Origin: Candidatus Ornithomonoglobus sp.
GTDB taxonomy: Bacteria; Bacillota; Clostridia; UBA1381
Assembly (NCBI GenBank): GCA_051877395.1
Contig: JBJEIV010000326.1
Location: 1-40,944 of the forward strand
DNA length: 40,944 nucleotides
Direction of reading: 5' to 3'
Below are positions 18,546-26,186 of this stretch, piece by piece. Positions within the stretch are counted from its first letter, which is position 1; each line of letters begins with the position of its first letter. Below the pieces are notes generated by a model. That model made no database searches. It was given only the letters and a program-made list of their open reading frames with translations, and was not told the origin of the DNA. The position numbers were made by a program, and so were the translations under genes.

Positions 18546-18890
18546 ATGGCTACTGATATTATACGAAAAAATTATGACAGCGTAAATTACTGGCATACGG
18601 TAGGTGCAGCTGTGCGTACAAAAAGCGGCAAAATATATTTGGATGCTAATTGCGACTCAGTAAGTCATGGTTCGTGCGCAGAATTTATTGCTATAGGTGC
18701 GGCTGTGACGGCAGGAGAGCGTGAATTTGATACTATTGTTGCGGTGCTTGGAGGCGAGCATAAGAAAATTCTTCCGCCCTGTGGGAACTGCCGGCAGATG
18801 ATGTATTGCTATGATAAAAATATCAATGTAATTGTAAATGATACTACAAGGGAAAACATACTGGATTTGTCGAAATATCCATGTGATTAA
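18546..18890 (+). CDS. Cytidine-deaminase-fold zinc enzyme (small homotetrameric CDA / blasticidin-S-deaminase-like)
   Basis: Zinc and catalytic motifs SCAEFIAIGAAV (C-A-E) and PCGNCRQMM (P-C-x2-C). About 114 aa counted from the ATG at 18546. Confidence 0.75.
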   Translation: MATDIIRKNYDSVNYWHTVGAAVRTKSGKIYLDANCDSVSHGSCAEFIAIGAAVTAGEREFDTIVAVLGGEHKKILPPCGNCRQMMYCYDKNINVIVNDTTRENILDLSKYPCD

Positions 18891-18906
18891 TAGATTGGAG
18901 AAAAAT

Positions 18907-19425
18907 ATGAGTAGAGAGATATGGGATGCATATGACAAGGATGATAATAAATTAGGATATGACTTGTTCCGAGACGAGCCTGTACCAACAGACGTATATC
19001 ATATTGTTGTTGAGATATATGTTTTCTCCCATGACGGCAGGGTTTTGATAACACAGCGCGCGGCTAACAAAACATATCCTTTAAAATGGGAAAACACTGG
19101 TGGTTCAATTTTAAAGGGAGAAACGCCGATACAAGGCGCTATCCGAGAATTGAAAGAGGAAACAGGAATTGCTGTAACAGAATCACAGCTAAAGCTTGCA
19201 TATACGGAAGTCAAGCATCCGCCAATATATAAATGTTTCGTTGCGATTGTTGATGGAAACGAAAAAATTACCTTGCAGGAGGGTGAAACTGTTGACTATA
19301 AATGGCTGCCGTATGAGGAGTATTTGGAACTACTTAAAACAGATGAATTTGTTGACAGAGTGGCAGATAGCTTTATGCGTCATATTGATGAAATAGAAGA
19401 AATTGTACAATTAAGGTTAAAATGA
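18907..19425 (+). CDS. NUDIX hydrolase
   Basis: NUDIX box GGSILKGETPIQGAIRELKEETGI. The ATG at 18907 follows a GGAGAA RBS. The ORF-track extension to 18838 overlaps the deaminase gene. Confidence 0.85.
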   Translation: MSREIWDAYDKDDNKLGYDLFRDEPVPTDVYHIVVEIYVFSHDGRVLITQRAANKTYPLKWENTGGSILKGETPIQGAIRELKEETGIAVTESQLKLAYTEVKHPPIYKCFVAIVDGNEKITLQEGETVDYKWLPYEEYLELLKTDEFVDRVADSFMRHIDEIEEIVQLRLK

Positions 19426-19973
19426 AAAATATTATACATATCTATGGAGCGTCCGGATCAGGCACATCAACATTAGGAAGAAAAATAAGTGATGAGTTGG
19501 GTTATAAATTTATTGACACAGACGACTATTTTTGGATGCCTACAAATCCTAAATATCAAATAAAGCGTGACAGAGTGAAGCGAATTTCTCTAATGATGAA
19601 AGACATTGAAAAATCTGATAATGTTGTTATCAGTGGTTCTCTTGTTGATTGGGGCGATGAGTTAATTCCGCTGTTCACACTTGCCGTCAGATTAATAGCT
19701 GATACTGATATAAGGATTGCGAGATTACGAAAGCGCGAGCATAATGAATTTGGTTCAAGAATAGATTTTGGCGGTGACATGTATGAGCAACATGAACAAT
19801 TTATTGAATGGGCTAAACATTATGATAATGGAGATGTTAATATGAGAAGCAAAGCAAAACACGATGAGTGGGAAAAGTTTTTGCTATGCAAACAAATTGT
19901 ATTAAACGGTGCAGATGATTTGGATAGTAATTTTCAGAAAGTAAAGGGGGAATTAGTTAATTGTGCGGTATAA
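19422..19973 (+). CDS. P-loop kinase-like protein (adenylate-kinase / topology-modulation FlaR-like AAA family)
   Basis: 183 aa with Walker A IYGASGSGTSTLG. ATGA overlap with the NUDIX stop (19422-19425). Confidence 0.7.
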   Translation: MKNIIHIYGASGSGTSTLGRKISDELGYKFIDTDDYFWMPTNPKYQIKRDRVKRISLMMKDIEKSDNVVISGSLVDWGDELIPLFTLAVRLIADTDIRIARLRKREHNEFGSRIDFGGDMYEQHEQFIEWAKHYDNGDVNMRSKAKHDEWEKFLLCKQIVLNGADDLDSNFQKVKGELVNCAV

Positions 19974-20089
19974 CAAGTAGACGGCAAGTAGCCATGCTCG
20001 TATAAATTTGATTTTGTTTTTGGGATAGTCTCAAACCCTTTTTATGCATTTGTTATAGAATTTGATGTGAAGTTTGTTATGTATGCGAA

Positions 20090-20118
20090 TTGATTACCTG
20101 TTACATTAATGATATAAT
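20090..20118 (+). promoter_or_regulatory. Putative sigma-A promoter of the ATPase/DUF4435 pair
   Basis: TTGATT (20090-20095), a 17-nt spacer, then TG-a-TATAAT (20113-20118). Confidence 0.45.
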
Positions 20119-20233
20119 ATTTTAATATAATGTTTTATCATTAATTTTTCTGTAACTATAAGAAATTGTGTTGAACATCGCAAATATTTGTATTAATAAA
20201 TTAATATTGAAATATACTATTAGGAGGATTAAT

Positions 20234-21637
20234 ATGTTTTACTATTTTTATGATGATGACGAATCGGTGGTGAATAATTTGAATTCAACAAAGCTTGAAT
20301 ATATAAAAATAAAAAAATTATTTGGGTATGCTAATGTTGAGTTGCATTTTGATAAAGAAGTTAATATATATATTGGAGAGAATGGTCTAGGAAAAACAAC
20401 AATCTTAAATTGTGTTTATTATGTATTAAAAAAGAAATATGACAAACTTGCTGAAATTGATTTCTCATCAATCCATATAAAATTCACAGAAGAGCGTAGA
20501 GAATTTGTTCTTAGCGTATTTGATATTAACGATTATAATAAACGAAAAATGCCTAGACGTAGATGGTATGATGAAGATTTGATTAAGCTTATTCTTAATG
20601 AAGCTACCATGGGATTATATACTATCAATGGTATTGATAGTGAAGAATTAGAGTTTGCTACTTTAAAGCTATCACGCGTGGATGGTATTCCTATGGATAT
20701 AGCTAGACGTCAGATAATGGAATATCTAAAAATAGGAAGATTTAATTCTGATGGAGAGATAAAGAAAGGTAATTACAAAAAAGTAATTGAATTAAATGAA
20801 GCATTAGATGAGTATATAACCCAAAAAATTTTATATTTCACAACATATAGACGCATTGAAAATGATTTCTCAAAGCTTATAAATAAGGGAGAACGAGTTC
20901 AAGAATCAGATATGCTGATTAGGTTTGGTATGGCTGACGTAGAAAAGTCGATTGGAAATATATTAAATTTGATTCGTGAAAATTCAAGAGAGAGTTTTAA
21001 TAAGATGACAGGGGTTTTATTAAAACAATATGCTTCCAGAAACAAGATTAACAGCAATGTTTTGTCTGATATCTCAATAAATAAAGATATGTTAAAAATA
21101 ACTCTTGATAGATTAGGAAATGAAATAGCAGAAGATGATAGAAATAAGATAATTTCTTTATTAGATAACGGTGATATATATAAAAGAGAATATTCATATT
21201 TGCTTGATTTAATAATAAAACTTATAGATAATTACAATAAGCAAAAAGTTTATGATGATAAAATTCAAAATTTTGTTTATACTTGCAACAAATATCTAAA
21301 CGGAAAACAATTTGTATATAATCAAAGTGACTTGAAATTAGATATTAAACTACTTAATAACAAATTAAATAACATCAAGCTTATGCAATTGTCATCAGGC
21401 GAAAAACAGATTGTTTCTTTGTTTTCAAAACTATATTTGGAAAATGATAAGGATAGTATTTTGGTAATTGATGAACCTGAACTTTCGTTATCAATGAAAT
21501 GGCAAAAAATGTTGCTTCCAGATATTATGAGATCAGGAAATTGCAAACTTCTTTTAACTGTTACTCATTCACCTTTTATTTTCGAAAATGAATTTGATAT
21601 GGATGCACAAGAAATGAGAAATTGTATAACTAATTAA
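20234..21637 (+). CDS. ABC-type (AAA_15/21/23-like) ATPase, AriA-like component of a PARIS/AbiL-type defence pair
   Basis: The ATG at 20234 (MFYYFYDDD) follows an AGGAGG RBS. Motifs: Walker A GENGLGKTT, ABC signature LSSGEKQ, Walker B ILVIDEPELSL and H-loop TVTHSP. A long helical insertion sits between the ATPase lobes. Confidence 0.75.
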   Translation: MFYYFYDDDESVVNNLNSTKLEYIKIKKLFGYANVELHFDKEVNIYIGENGLGKTTILNCVYYVLKKKYDKLAEIDFSSIHIKFTEERREFVLSVFDINDYNKRKMPRRRWYDEDLIKLILNEATMGLYTINGIDSEELEFATLKLSRVDGIPMDIARRQIMEYLKIGRFNSDGEIKKGNYKKVIELNEALDEYITQKILYFTTYRRIENDFSKLINKGERVQESDMLIRFGMADVEKSIGNILNLIRENSRESFNKMTGVLLKQYASRNKINSNVLSDISINKDMLKITLDRLGNEIAEDDRNKIISLLDNGDIYKREYSYLLDLIIKLIDNYNKQKVYDDKIQNFVYTCNKYLNGKQFVYNQSDLKLDIKLLNNKLNNIKLMQLSSGEKQIVSLFSKLYLENDKDSILVIDEPELSLSMKWQKMLLPDIMRSGNCKLLLTVTHSPFIFENEFDMDAQEMRNCITN

Positions 21638-21653
21638 TTAGGGGGAATTAAAA

Positions 21654-22583
21654 GTGAATACTGAAGATAAAAGTTCTACTTCGCTTTTGGATGAAATGCG
21701 AACAGCTAGAGTATCATCAAATGTGGCTTTTATTAATTTTATTGATAATCATAATAAATTTAATAGTCATGTGTTTTGTTTTTACGAGGGAGAAGATGGA
21801 AAATATTATAACCAAAGAATAAAATCAATTATTGGGGACAATATAATACCCATAAAAACAGGTAACAAAAGAGAAACAATAAAAATTTGGAGAAAAATAA
21901 AATCGGAACCAATTTATAATAATGCGAAAAAGATGTTTTTTATTGATAAAGATATGGATGATATTCCAGAAGATAAAGATGAAGACTTATATATAACCCC
22001 ATGTTACTCAATTGAAAATTTTTATGTGAACTCTCAAACATTTGGTAGTATATTGGAATCTGAATTTTCTTTGAGTAGGCTAGATAACGATTATGCAAAA
22101 TGTTTGAATACTTTTGAAAAACTTTATGAACAGTTTAACAATGAAATGATTGAATTTAATGCCTTGATATTACTTAGGAAACAGAAAGAACCTGGAAATG
22201 GGAAAGTGAATTTGAAAAATATAAAAACACGTCAAATGATTTCAGTTAAACTTGATAGAGTAAAAAAAGGCTCTAAATATAACGAATTTATAAATCAATT
22301 AAAAACCAAGTTGAGTGTAAATGATGAAGAGTTAGCTGACGCTATAGACACAATTAAAACTTTAGGAGATTATCCAAATTTATTTCGAGGAAAAAATCAA
22401 CTTGATTTTATGGTAATCTTATTAAATATTTTGAAACAACTCAATGCAGAAGGAAAATTTTTTGATAAGAAGCAAACAAGCGTAACGATTAATTTGACTG
22501 GAAATCGCCTAAGTGAATTAAGTCAATATGCTGCATTTCCATCATGCTTAAAAGAATTTATTCAAAATCATAAGATTGCATGA
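21654..22583 (+). CDS. DUF4435 (TOPRIM/OLD-type nuclease) protein, AriB-like
   Basis: GTG start after a GGGGGA RBS, 16 nt after the ATPase stop. TOPRIM-like Glu motif FCFYEGEDGKYY and DxD motif FFIDKDMDD. Confidence 0.7.
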   Translation: MNTEDKSSTSLLDEMRTARVSSNVAFINFIDNHNKFNSHVFCFYEGEDGKYYNQRIKSIIGDNIIPIKTGNKRETIKIWRKIKSEPIYNNAKKMFFIDKDMDDIPEDKDEDLYITPCYSIENFYVNSQTFGSILESEFSLSRLDNDYAKCLNTFEKLYEQFNNEMIEFNALILLRKQKEPGNGKVNLKNIKTRQMISVKLDRVKKGSKYNEFINQLKTKLSVNDEELADAIDTIKTLGDYPNLFRGKNQLDFMVILLNILKQLNAEGKFFDKKQTSVTINLTGNRLSELSQYAAFPSCLKEFIQNHKIA

Positions 22584-22681
22584 AACTGTAGATTAATTGC
22601 TTATATGATAATATCCTTTACATAATTGTATTGAAACCATGTACCCGGGTCTGTGAAAAAAGTTGTGTAAGCAATATCTGA

Positions 22682-22941
22682 CAACACTCGACAAGGCGAA
22701 AATTACAGGTTTATTGGATATGTAAATTCAAGCTGATTGACAGAAAAAGCGATATACAAAAGCAACAGTTGATTGATACCTTTGTAAATTCAATATATGT
22801 TTATGATGACAAAATGCTAATTACATATAACTACAAGGACGGCGAAAAATGTATTGACTATGAGGAAATACAGAAATATATGAACAAAAAGAAAAACTCT
22901 GATAATCCTGAGGACTATCAGAGTTCGCCTTTTAATACTTT
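22682..22941 (+). pseudogene. C-terminal remnant of a (serine-type) site-specific recombinase
   Basis: The frame is open only from 22682. The segment LIDTFVNSIYVYDDKMLITYNYKDGEKCI resembles the conserved C-terminal tail of clostridial large recombinases. No catalytic N-terminal part is present. The ORF-track ORF then reads through the antisense of the tRNA. Confidence 0.45.
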
Positions 22942-23017
22942 TGGTACGCGATCAGGGGTTCGAACCCTGGACACCCTGATTAAGAGTCAGGTGCTCTACC
23001 AACTGAGCTAATCACGC
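22942..23017 (-). tRNA. tRNA-Lys (anticodon CUU), copy 1
   Basis: Minus-strand cloverleaf: GCGTGAT-TA-GCTC-AGTTGGTA-GAGC-A-CCTGA-CTCTTAA-TCAGG-GTGTC-CAGGG-TTCGAAC-CCCTG-ATCGCGT-A-CCA. The anticodon loop CUCUUAA gives CUU. CCA is encoded. The acceptor stem has G1-U72 and U4-G69 wobble pairs. Confidence 0.9.
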
Positions 23018-23079
23018 ATATATTTTGTTTTAAAAGAGCTTCAACCCGGAACACCTCATGCGAGGTATTCCGGATTTGC

Positions 23080-23155
23080 TGGTACGCGATCAGGGGTTCG
23101 AACCCTGGACACCCTGATTAAGAGTCAGGTGCTCTACCAACTGAGCTAATCACGC
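23080..23155 (-). tRNA. tRNA-Lys (anticodon CUU), copy 2
   Basis: 100 percent identical to 22942-23017. It is separated from copy 1 by a 62-bp spacer containing the hairpin CCGGAACACCTC / GAGGTATTCCGG. Confidence 0.9.
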
Positions 23156-23187
23156 ATATCTCTTATGTTCTCCCGAACACAAGAAAT

Positions 23188-23216
23188 ATAATACCACGAT
23201 TATTCCTGTTTGTCAA
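23188..23216 (-). promoter_or_regulatory. Putative sigma-A promoter of the tRNA-Lys tandem
   Basis: On the minus strand: TTGACA (23211-23216), a 17-nt spacer, then TATTAT (23188-23193). It lies about 30 nt upstream of the tRNA 5-prime end. Confidence 0.6.
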
Positions 23217-23254
23217 GCTTTTTTTTCATTTTTTTCGAAAAAATTTACGAAAAT

Positions 23255-23767
23255 TTAGCGCACTCCGTTAAGGTCAAACATATTGTTCATTTTATTTGAA
23301 TGTGCGTGGCATATCGCGAGCGCGAGACCGTCCGCAGCATCATCCGGCTTCGGAATTACATTGAGGTTCAGAAGCAGCTTTACCATGTTCTGAATCTGCT
23401 TCTTGTCCGCTCTGCCGTAGCCGGTTACACTCTGCTTTACCTGTAACGGTGTATACTCATATATGGGAACGTTTTTATTCCTTACCGCCACAAGTATTAC
23501 TCCCCTTGCCTGAGCGACGTTTATCGCGGTTTTCTGGTTTGAATTGAAAAACAGCTCCTCAATCGCAACAGCATCGGGATTGTACTTATTAATAAGCAGC
23601 GTCATTTCGTCATAAATCTTTTTCAGCCTGTCCACCGTAGACATACCCGCAGGTGTCGTTATCGCGCCGTATTCCAACGGTCTGAACTTGTTTCCCTTGT
23701 ACTCCAGTACCCCGATACCGACTATCGCATAGCCCGGGTCTACTCCTATTATTATCACTTTATTCAC
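23255..23767 (-). CDS. ruvC: Crossover junction endodeoxyribonuclease RuvC
   Basis: 170 aa. [17 protein letters not shown] carries the catalytic Asp, with further matches at [10 protein letters not shown] and [13 protein letters not shown]. Confidence 0.92.
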   Translation of the reverse strand: MNKVIIIGVDPGYAIVGIGVLEYKGNKFRPLEYGAITTPAGMSTVDRLKKIYDEMTLLINKYNPDAVAIEELFFNSNQKTAINVAQARGVILVAVRNKNVPIYEYTPLQVKQSVTGYGRADKKQIQNMVKLLLNLNVIPKPDDAADGLALAICHAHSNKMNNMFDLNGVR

Positions 23768-23773
23768 CCTTTT

Positions 23774-23811
23774 GTTGTATAATATTCATTAATTTTGTAT
23801 AAATATTCACT
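23774..23811. promoter_or_regulatory. Putative tandem ARG boxes (ArgR/AhrC operator) upstream of argG
   Basis: TGTATAAATATTCA (23796-23809) matches the core TGAATWWWWATTCA at 13 of 14 positions. A second, related copy TGTATAATATTCA lies at 23776-23788, one helical-turn-scale spacing away. Confidence 0.4.
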
Positions 23812-23833
23812 CATATTTATACCAATTTTACTA

Positions 23834-23862
23834 TTGCATATTTCGGAAAAATAATGTATAAT
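23834..23862 (+). promoter_or_regulatory. Putative sigma-A promoter of argG
   Basis: TTGCAT (23834-23839), a 17-nt spacer, then TATAAT (23857-23862). Confidence 0.5.
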
Positions 23863-23929
23863 ACCATTATACATTAAATCACAACGGATTGCAAGTTTAA
23901 ATCCGTTTTATTGAAAGGAATGAATTATC

Positions 23930-25150
23930 TTGGCTAAGGATAAGGTTGTATTAGCATATTCAGGCGGACTTGATACTTCGATTATCATCCACTGGTTAAA
24001 GGAAAATTATAATTATGATGTTGTCTGCGTATGCGGCGATGTTGGTCAGGGCAAGGAGACAGAAGGTCTTGAAGAAAGAGCAAAGAGAACAGGCGCTTTA
24101 AAGTGCTACATAGCTGACCTCCGCGACGATTACGTTAAGGACTATATATTCCCGACTTTGAAGTCAGGAGCTGTTTATGAGGGCAAGTACCTTCTCGGTA
24201 CATCACACGCGCGTCCGATTATAGCAAAAACTCTTGTTGACATTGCTCACAAGGAGGGAGCTGTCGCTATCTGTCACGGCGCTACAGGCAAGGGTAATGA
24301 CCAGGTTCGTTTCGAGCTTACAATCAAGGCTCTTGATCCGTCTCTTAAGATTATCGCTCCGTGGAGAATATGGGACATCAAATCGCGTGAGGACGCTGTT
24401 GACTATGCCGAAAAGAACGGCATTGAGTGTCCTGTTACAAAGAAGGATCTCTATTCAAGAGACAGAAACATCTGGCACATCAGCCATGAGGGTGTTGACC
24501 TTGAGGATCCGTGGAATGAGCCGAAGTATGACAGCCTGTTAAAGCTTGGCGTATCGCCTGAGCAGGCGCCTGATGAGGCTGAATATGTCGAAATCGGCTT
24601 TGAGGCAGGCGAGCCTGTTTCGGTTAACGGCGAAAAGCTTGCTCCGCGTCAGCTCCTTGAAAAGCTTAATGCTCTCGGCGGCAAGCACGGCGTAGGTATT
24701 GCCGATATCGTTGAGGACAGACTTGTCGGCATGAAGTCACGCGGCGTATACGAAACACCGGGCGGCACGATCCTCTATGCAGCTATTCAAGAGCTTGAGT
24801 ATCTCTGTCTTGACCGTGATACACAGGCATTCAAGCGTCAGAGCGCAATCAAGTTCTCAGAGCTTGTTTACGACGGTAAGTGGTTTACACCGCTCCGTGA
24901 AGCAATGTCGGCTATGTTTGATGAAATGGAAAAGACAGTTACGGGTACTGTAAGACTTAAGCTCTACAAGGGTCAGTGTACACCGGCAGGCGCTAAGTCA
25001 CCGTATTCACTCTACAATGAGGATATCGCATCCTTCGGAGACAGTCATGAGCTTTACAGCCACAAGGACAGCGAAGGCTTTATAAATCTCTTTGGTCTGC
25101 CGCTCAAGGTTCGCGCTATGATGAAGGCAAAGAACGGAATCAAGGATTAA
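23930..25150 (+). CDS. argG: Argininosuccinate synthase
   Basis: 406 aa. N-terminal ATP-pyrophosphatase motif [11 protein letters not shown] and the [15 protein letters not shown] motif. TTG start after AAAGGAA. Confidence 0.95.
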   Translation: MAKDKVVLAYSGGLDTSIIIHWLKENYNYDVVCVCGDVGQGKETEGLEERAKRTGALKCYIADLRDDYVKDYIFPTLKSGAVYEGKYLLGTSHARPIIAKTLVDIAHKEGAVAICHGATGKGNDQVRFELTIKALDPSLKIIAPWRIWDIKSREDAVDYAEKNGIECPVTKKDLYSRDRNIWHISHEGVDLEDPWNEPKYDSLLKLGVSPEQAPDEAEYVEIGFEAGEPVSVNGEKLAPRQLLEKLNALGGKHGVGIADIVEDRLVGMKSRGVYETPGGTILYAAIQELEYLCLDRDTQAFKRQSAIKFSELVYDGKWFTPLREAMSAMFDEMEKTVTGTVRLKLYKGQCTPAGAKSPYSLYNEDIASFGDSHELYSHKDSEGFINLFGLPLKVRAMMKAKNGIKD

Positions 25151-25167
25151 TTTTAATAATAACAGAC

Positions 25168-25200
25168 GGCGGAGCTGCTTTTATAGCTTCGCCTTTCTTT
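25168..25200 (+). terminator. Probable intrinsic terminator after argG
   Basis: Stem GGCGGAGCT / AGCTTCGCC (one G-U pair) followed by TTTCTTT. Confidence 0.5.
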
Positions 25201-25219
25201 GCAGAGAAAGGAATCTGAT

Positions 25220-26068
25220 ATGGAGCTTAATAATGGAATAATAAAAATATCAATTGCCGACCACGGCGCAGAGCTGAAATCCGTTATAAAGAACGGCAGA
25301 GAATATATGTGGTGCGGCGACGCAAAATATTGGGGCAGGACTTCCCCTGTGCTTTTCCCGTTTGTCGGCAGCATGAACGGAAAGAAATTTAAACTTAACG
25401 GCAAGGACTTTCCCATGAGTCAGCACGGTTTTGCGCGCGACTGTGATTTTGAGCCGGTTGGACACACTGAAAATTCAGTCGAATATGTTCTTATATCAAA
25501 TGATGAAACACTTGCAAAATACCCGTTTAAGTTCCGGCTTAATATTAAATATACAATAAGCGGCTCGACCGTTAAGGTTAAATGGACAGTTTCAAATACG
25601 GATAATAAGGCTATGAGCTTTTCAATAGGAGCGCACCCGGCCTTTAATCTCATGAACGGACAGAATTATTTTAAGTTTGACACAGATAATGATATTGTTT
25701 ACCGTCTTGTAAATGAAAACGGTCTGCTTGTTGCAGATAAATCCTACAGTCTAAAAACAACCGAAGGGTATGCCCCGATTGTTAAAGGAATGTTTGATCT
25801 TGACGCTCTGATCATCGAAAACAGTCAGGCAAATGCGGTTTCTCTCTGCGGTTCGGATAAGAAGCCATATGTAACAGTAAAATTTACAGCGCCTCTTTTC
25901 GGTCTTTGGTCACCTGCCGGCAAGGATGCTCCGTTTATCTGCATTGAGCCATGGTACGGCAGAGCTGATAAGGCAGATTTTAGCGGTGATTTATTTGACC
26001 GTGAATATGCGTCTAAGCTTGAACCGGGTGAGAGTTTTTCTGCGTCATATGAGATCGAATTTATATAA
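25220..26068 (+). CDS. Aldose 1-epimerase family protein (LacX/galactose-mutarotase-like)
   Basis: ADHGAELKS...YWGRTSPVLFPFVGS...MSQHGFAR and EPW motifs. The ATG at 25220 (MELNNG) follows GAAAGGAA. Confidence 0.8.
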   Translation: MELNNGIIKISIADHGAELKSVIKNGREYMWCGDAKYWGRTSPVLFPFVGSMNGKKFKLNGKDFPMSQHGFARDCDFEPVGHTENSVEYVLISNDETLAKYPFKFRLNIKYTISGSTVKVKWTVSNTDNKAMSFSIGAHPAFNLMNGQNYFKFDTDNDIVYRLVNENGLLVADKSYSLKTTEGYAPIVKGMFDLDALIIENSQANAVSLCGSDKKPYVTVKFTAPLFGLWSPAGKDAPFICIEPWYGRADKADFSGDLFDREYASKLEPGESFSASYEIEFI

Positions 26069-26186
26069 TATAATTATTTTATAACACTTTATTCTGCATT
26101 ATAGTATATATTATGCCGGAAATCAACTTTTTTCTTCAAAAAAAGATACACCGCATTTAAGCAGTATATCCTTTTAAAAATCATTC

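Larger units (their letters stand above)
17390..22941. mobile_element. AT-rich accessory (defence-type) island abutting tRNA-Lys, with a recombinase remnant at its right end
   Basis: There is a visible compositional drop, by-eye roughly 25-35 percent GC against about 50 percent or more in the flanks. All seven ORFs are co-directional. A recombinase C-terminal fragment lies at 22682-22941, directly against a tRNA gene. I found no flanking direct repeats. Confidence 0.45.

Noticed and set aside
20168-20233. Longer N-terminus of the ATPase (ORF-track start at 20168, MLNIANICINKL...)
   Set aside because: That start is not an ATG and has no RBS. The ATG at 20234 is preceded by AGGAGG at ideal spacing.
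22942-23011. 3-prime part of the 80-aa ORF 22769..23011 (GTRSGVRTLDTLIKSQVLYQLS)
   Set aside because: This stretch is the antisense of tRNA-Lys copy 1, not coding sequence. Only the part upstream of the tRNA is considered a recombinase remnant.
23018-23155. The second tRNA-Lys copy as an attL/attR duplication created by island integration
   Set aside because: Both copies are full-length, identical and adjacent on the same side of the island. I found no partial tRNA copy at the distal (17.4 kb) edge. An ordinary tandem tRNA array is the simpler explanation.
25153-25416. 87-aa minus-strand ORF overlapping the aldose-epimerase-like gene start
   Set aside because: It is a shadow ORF with no RBS and overlaps the argG terminator and a well-supported plus-strand gene.
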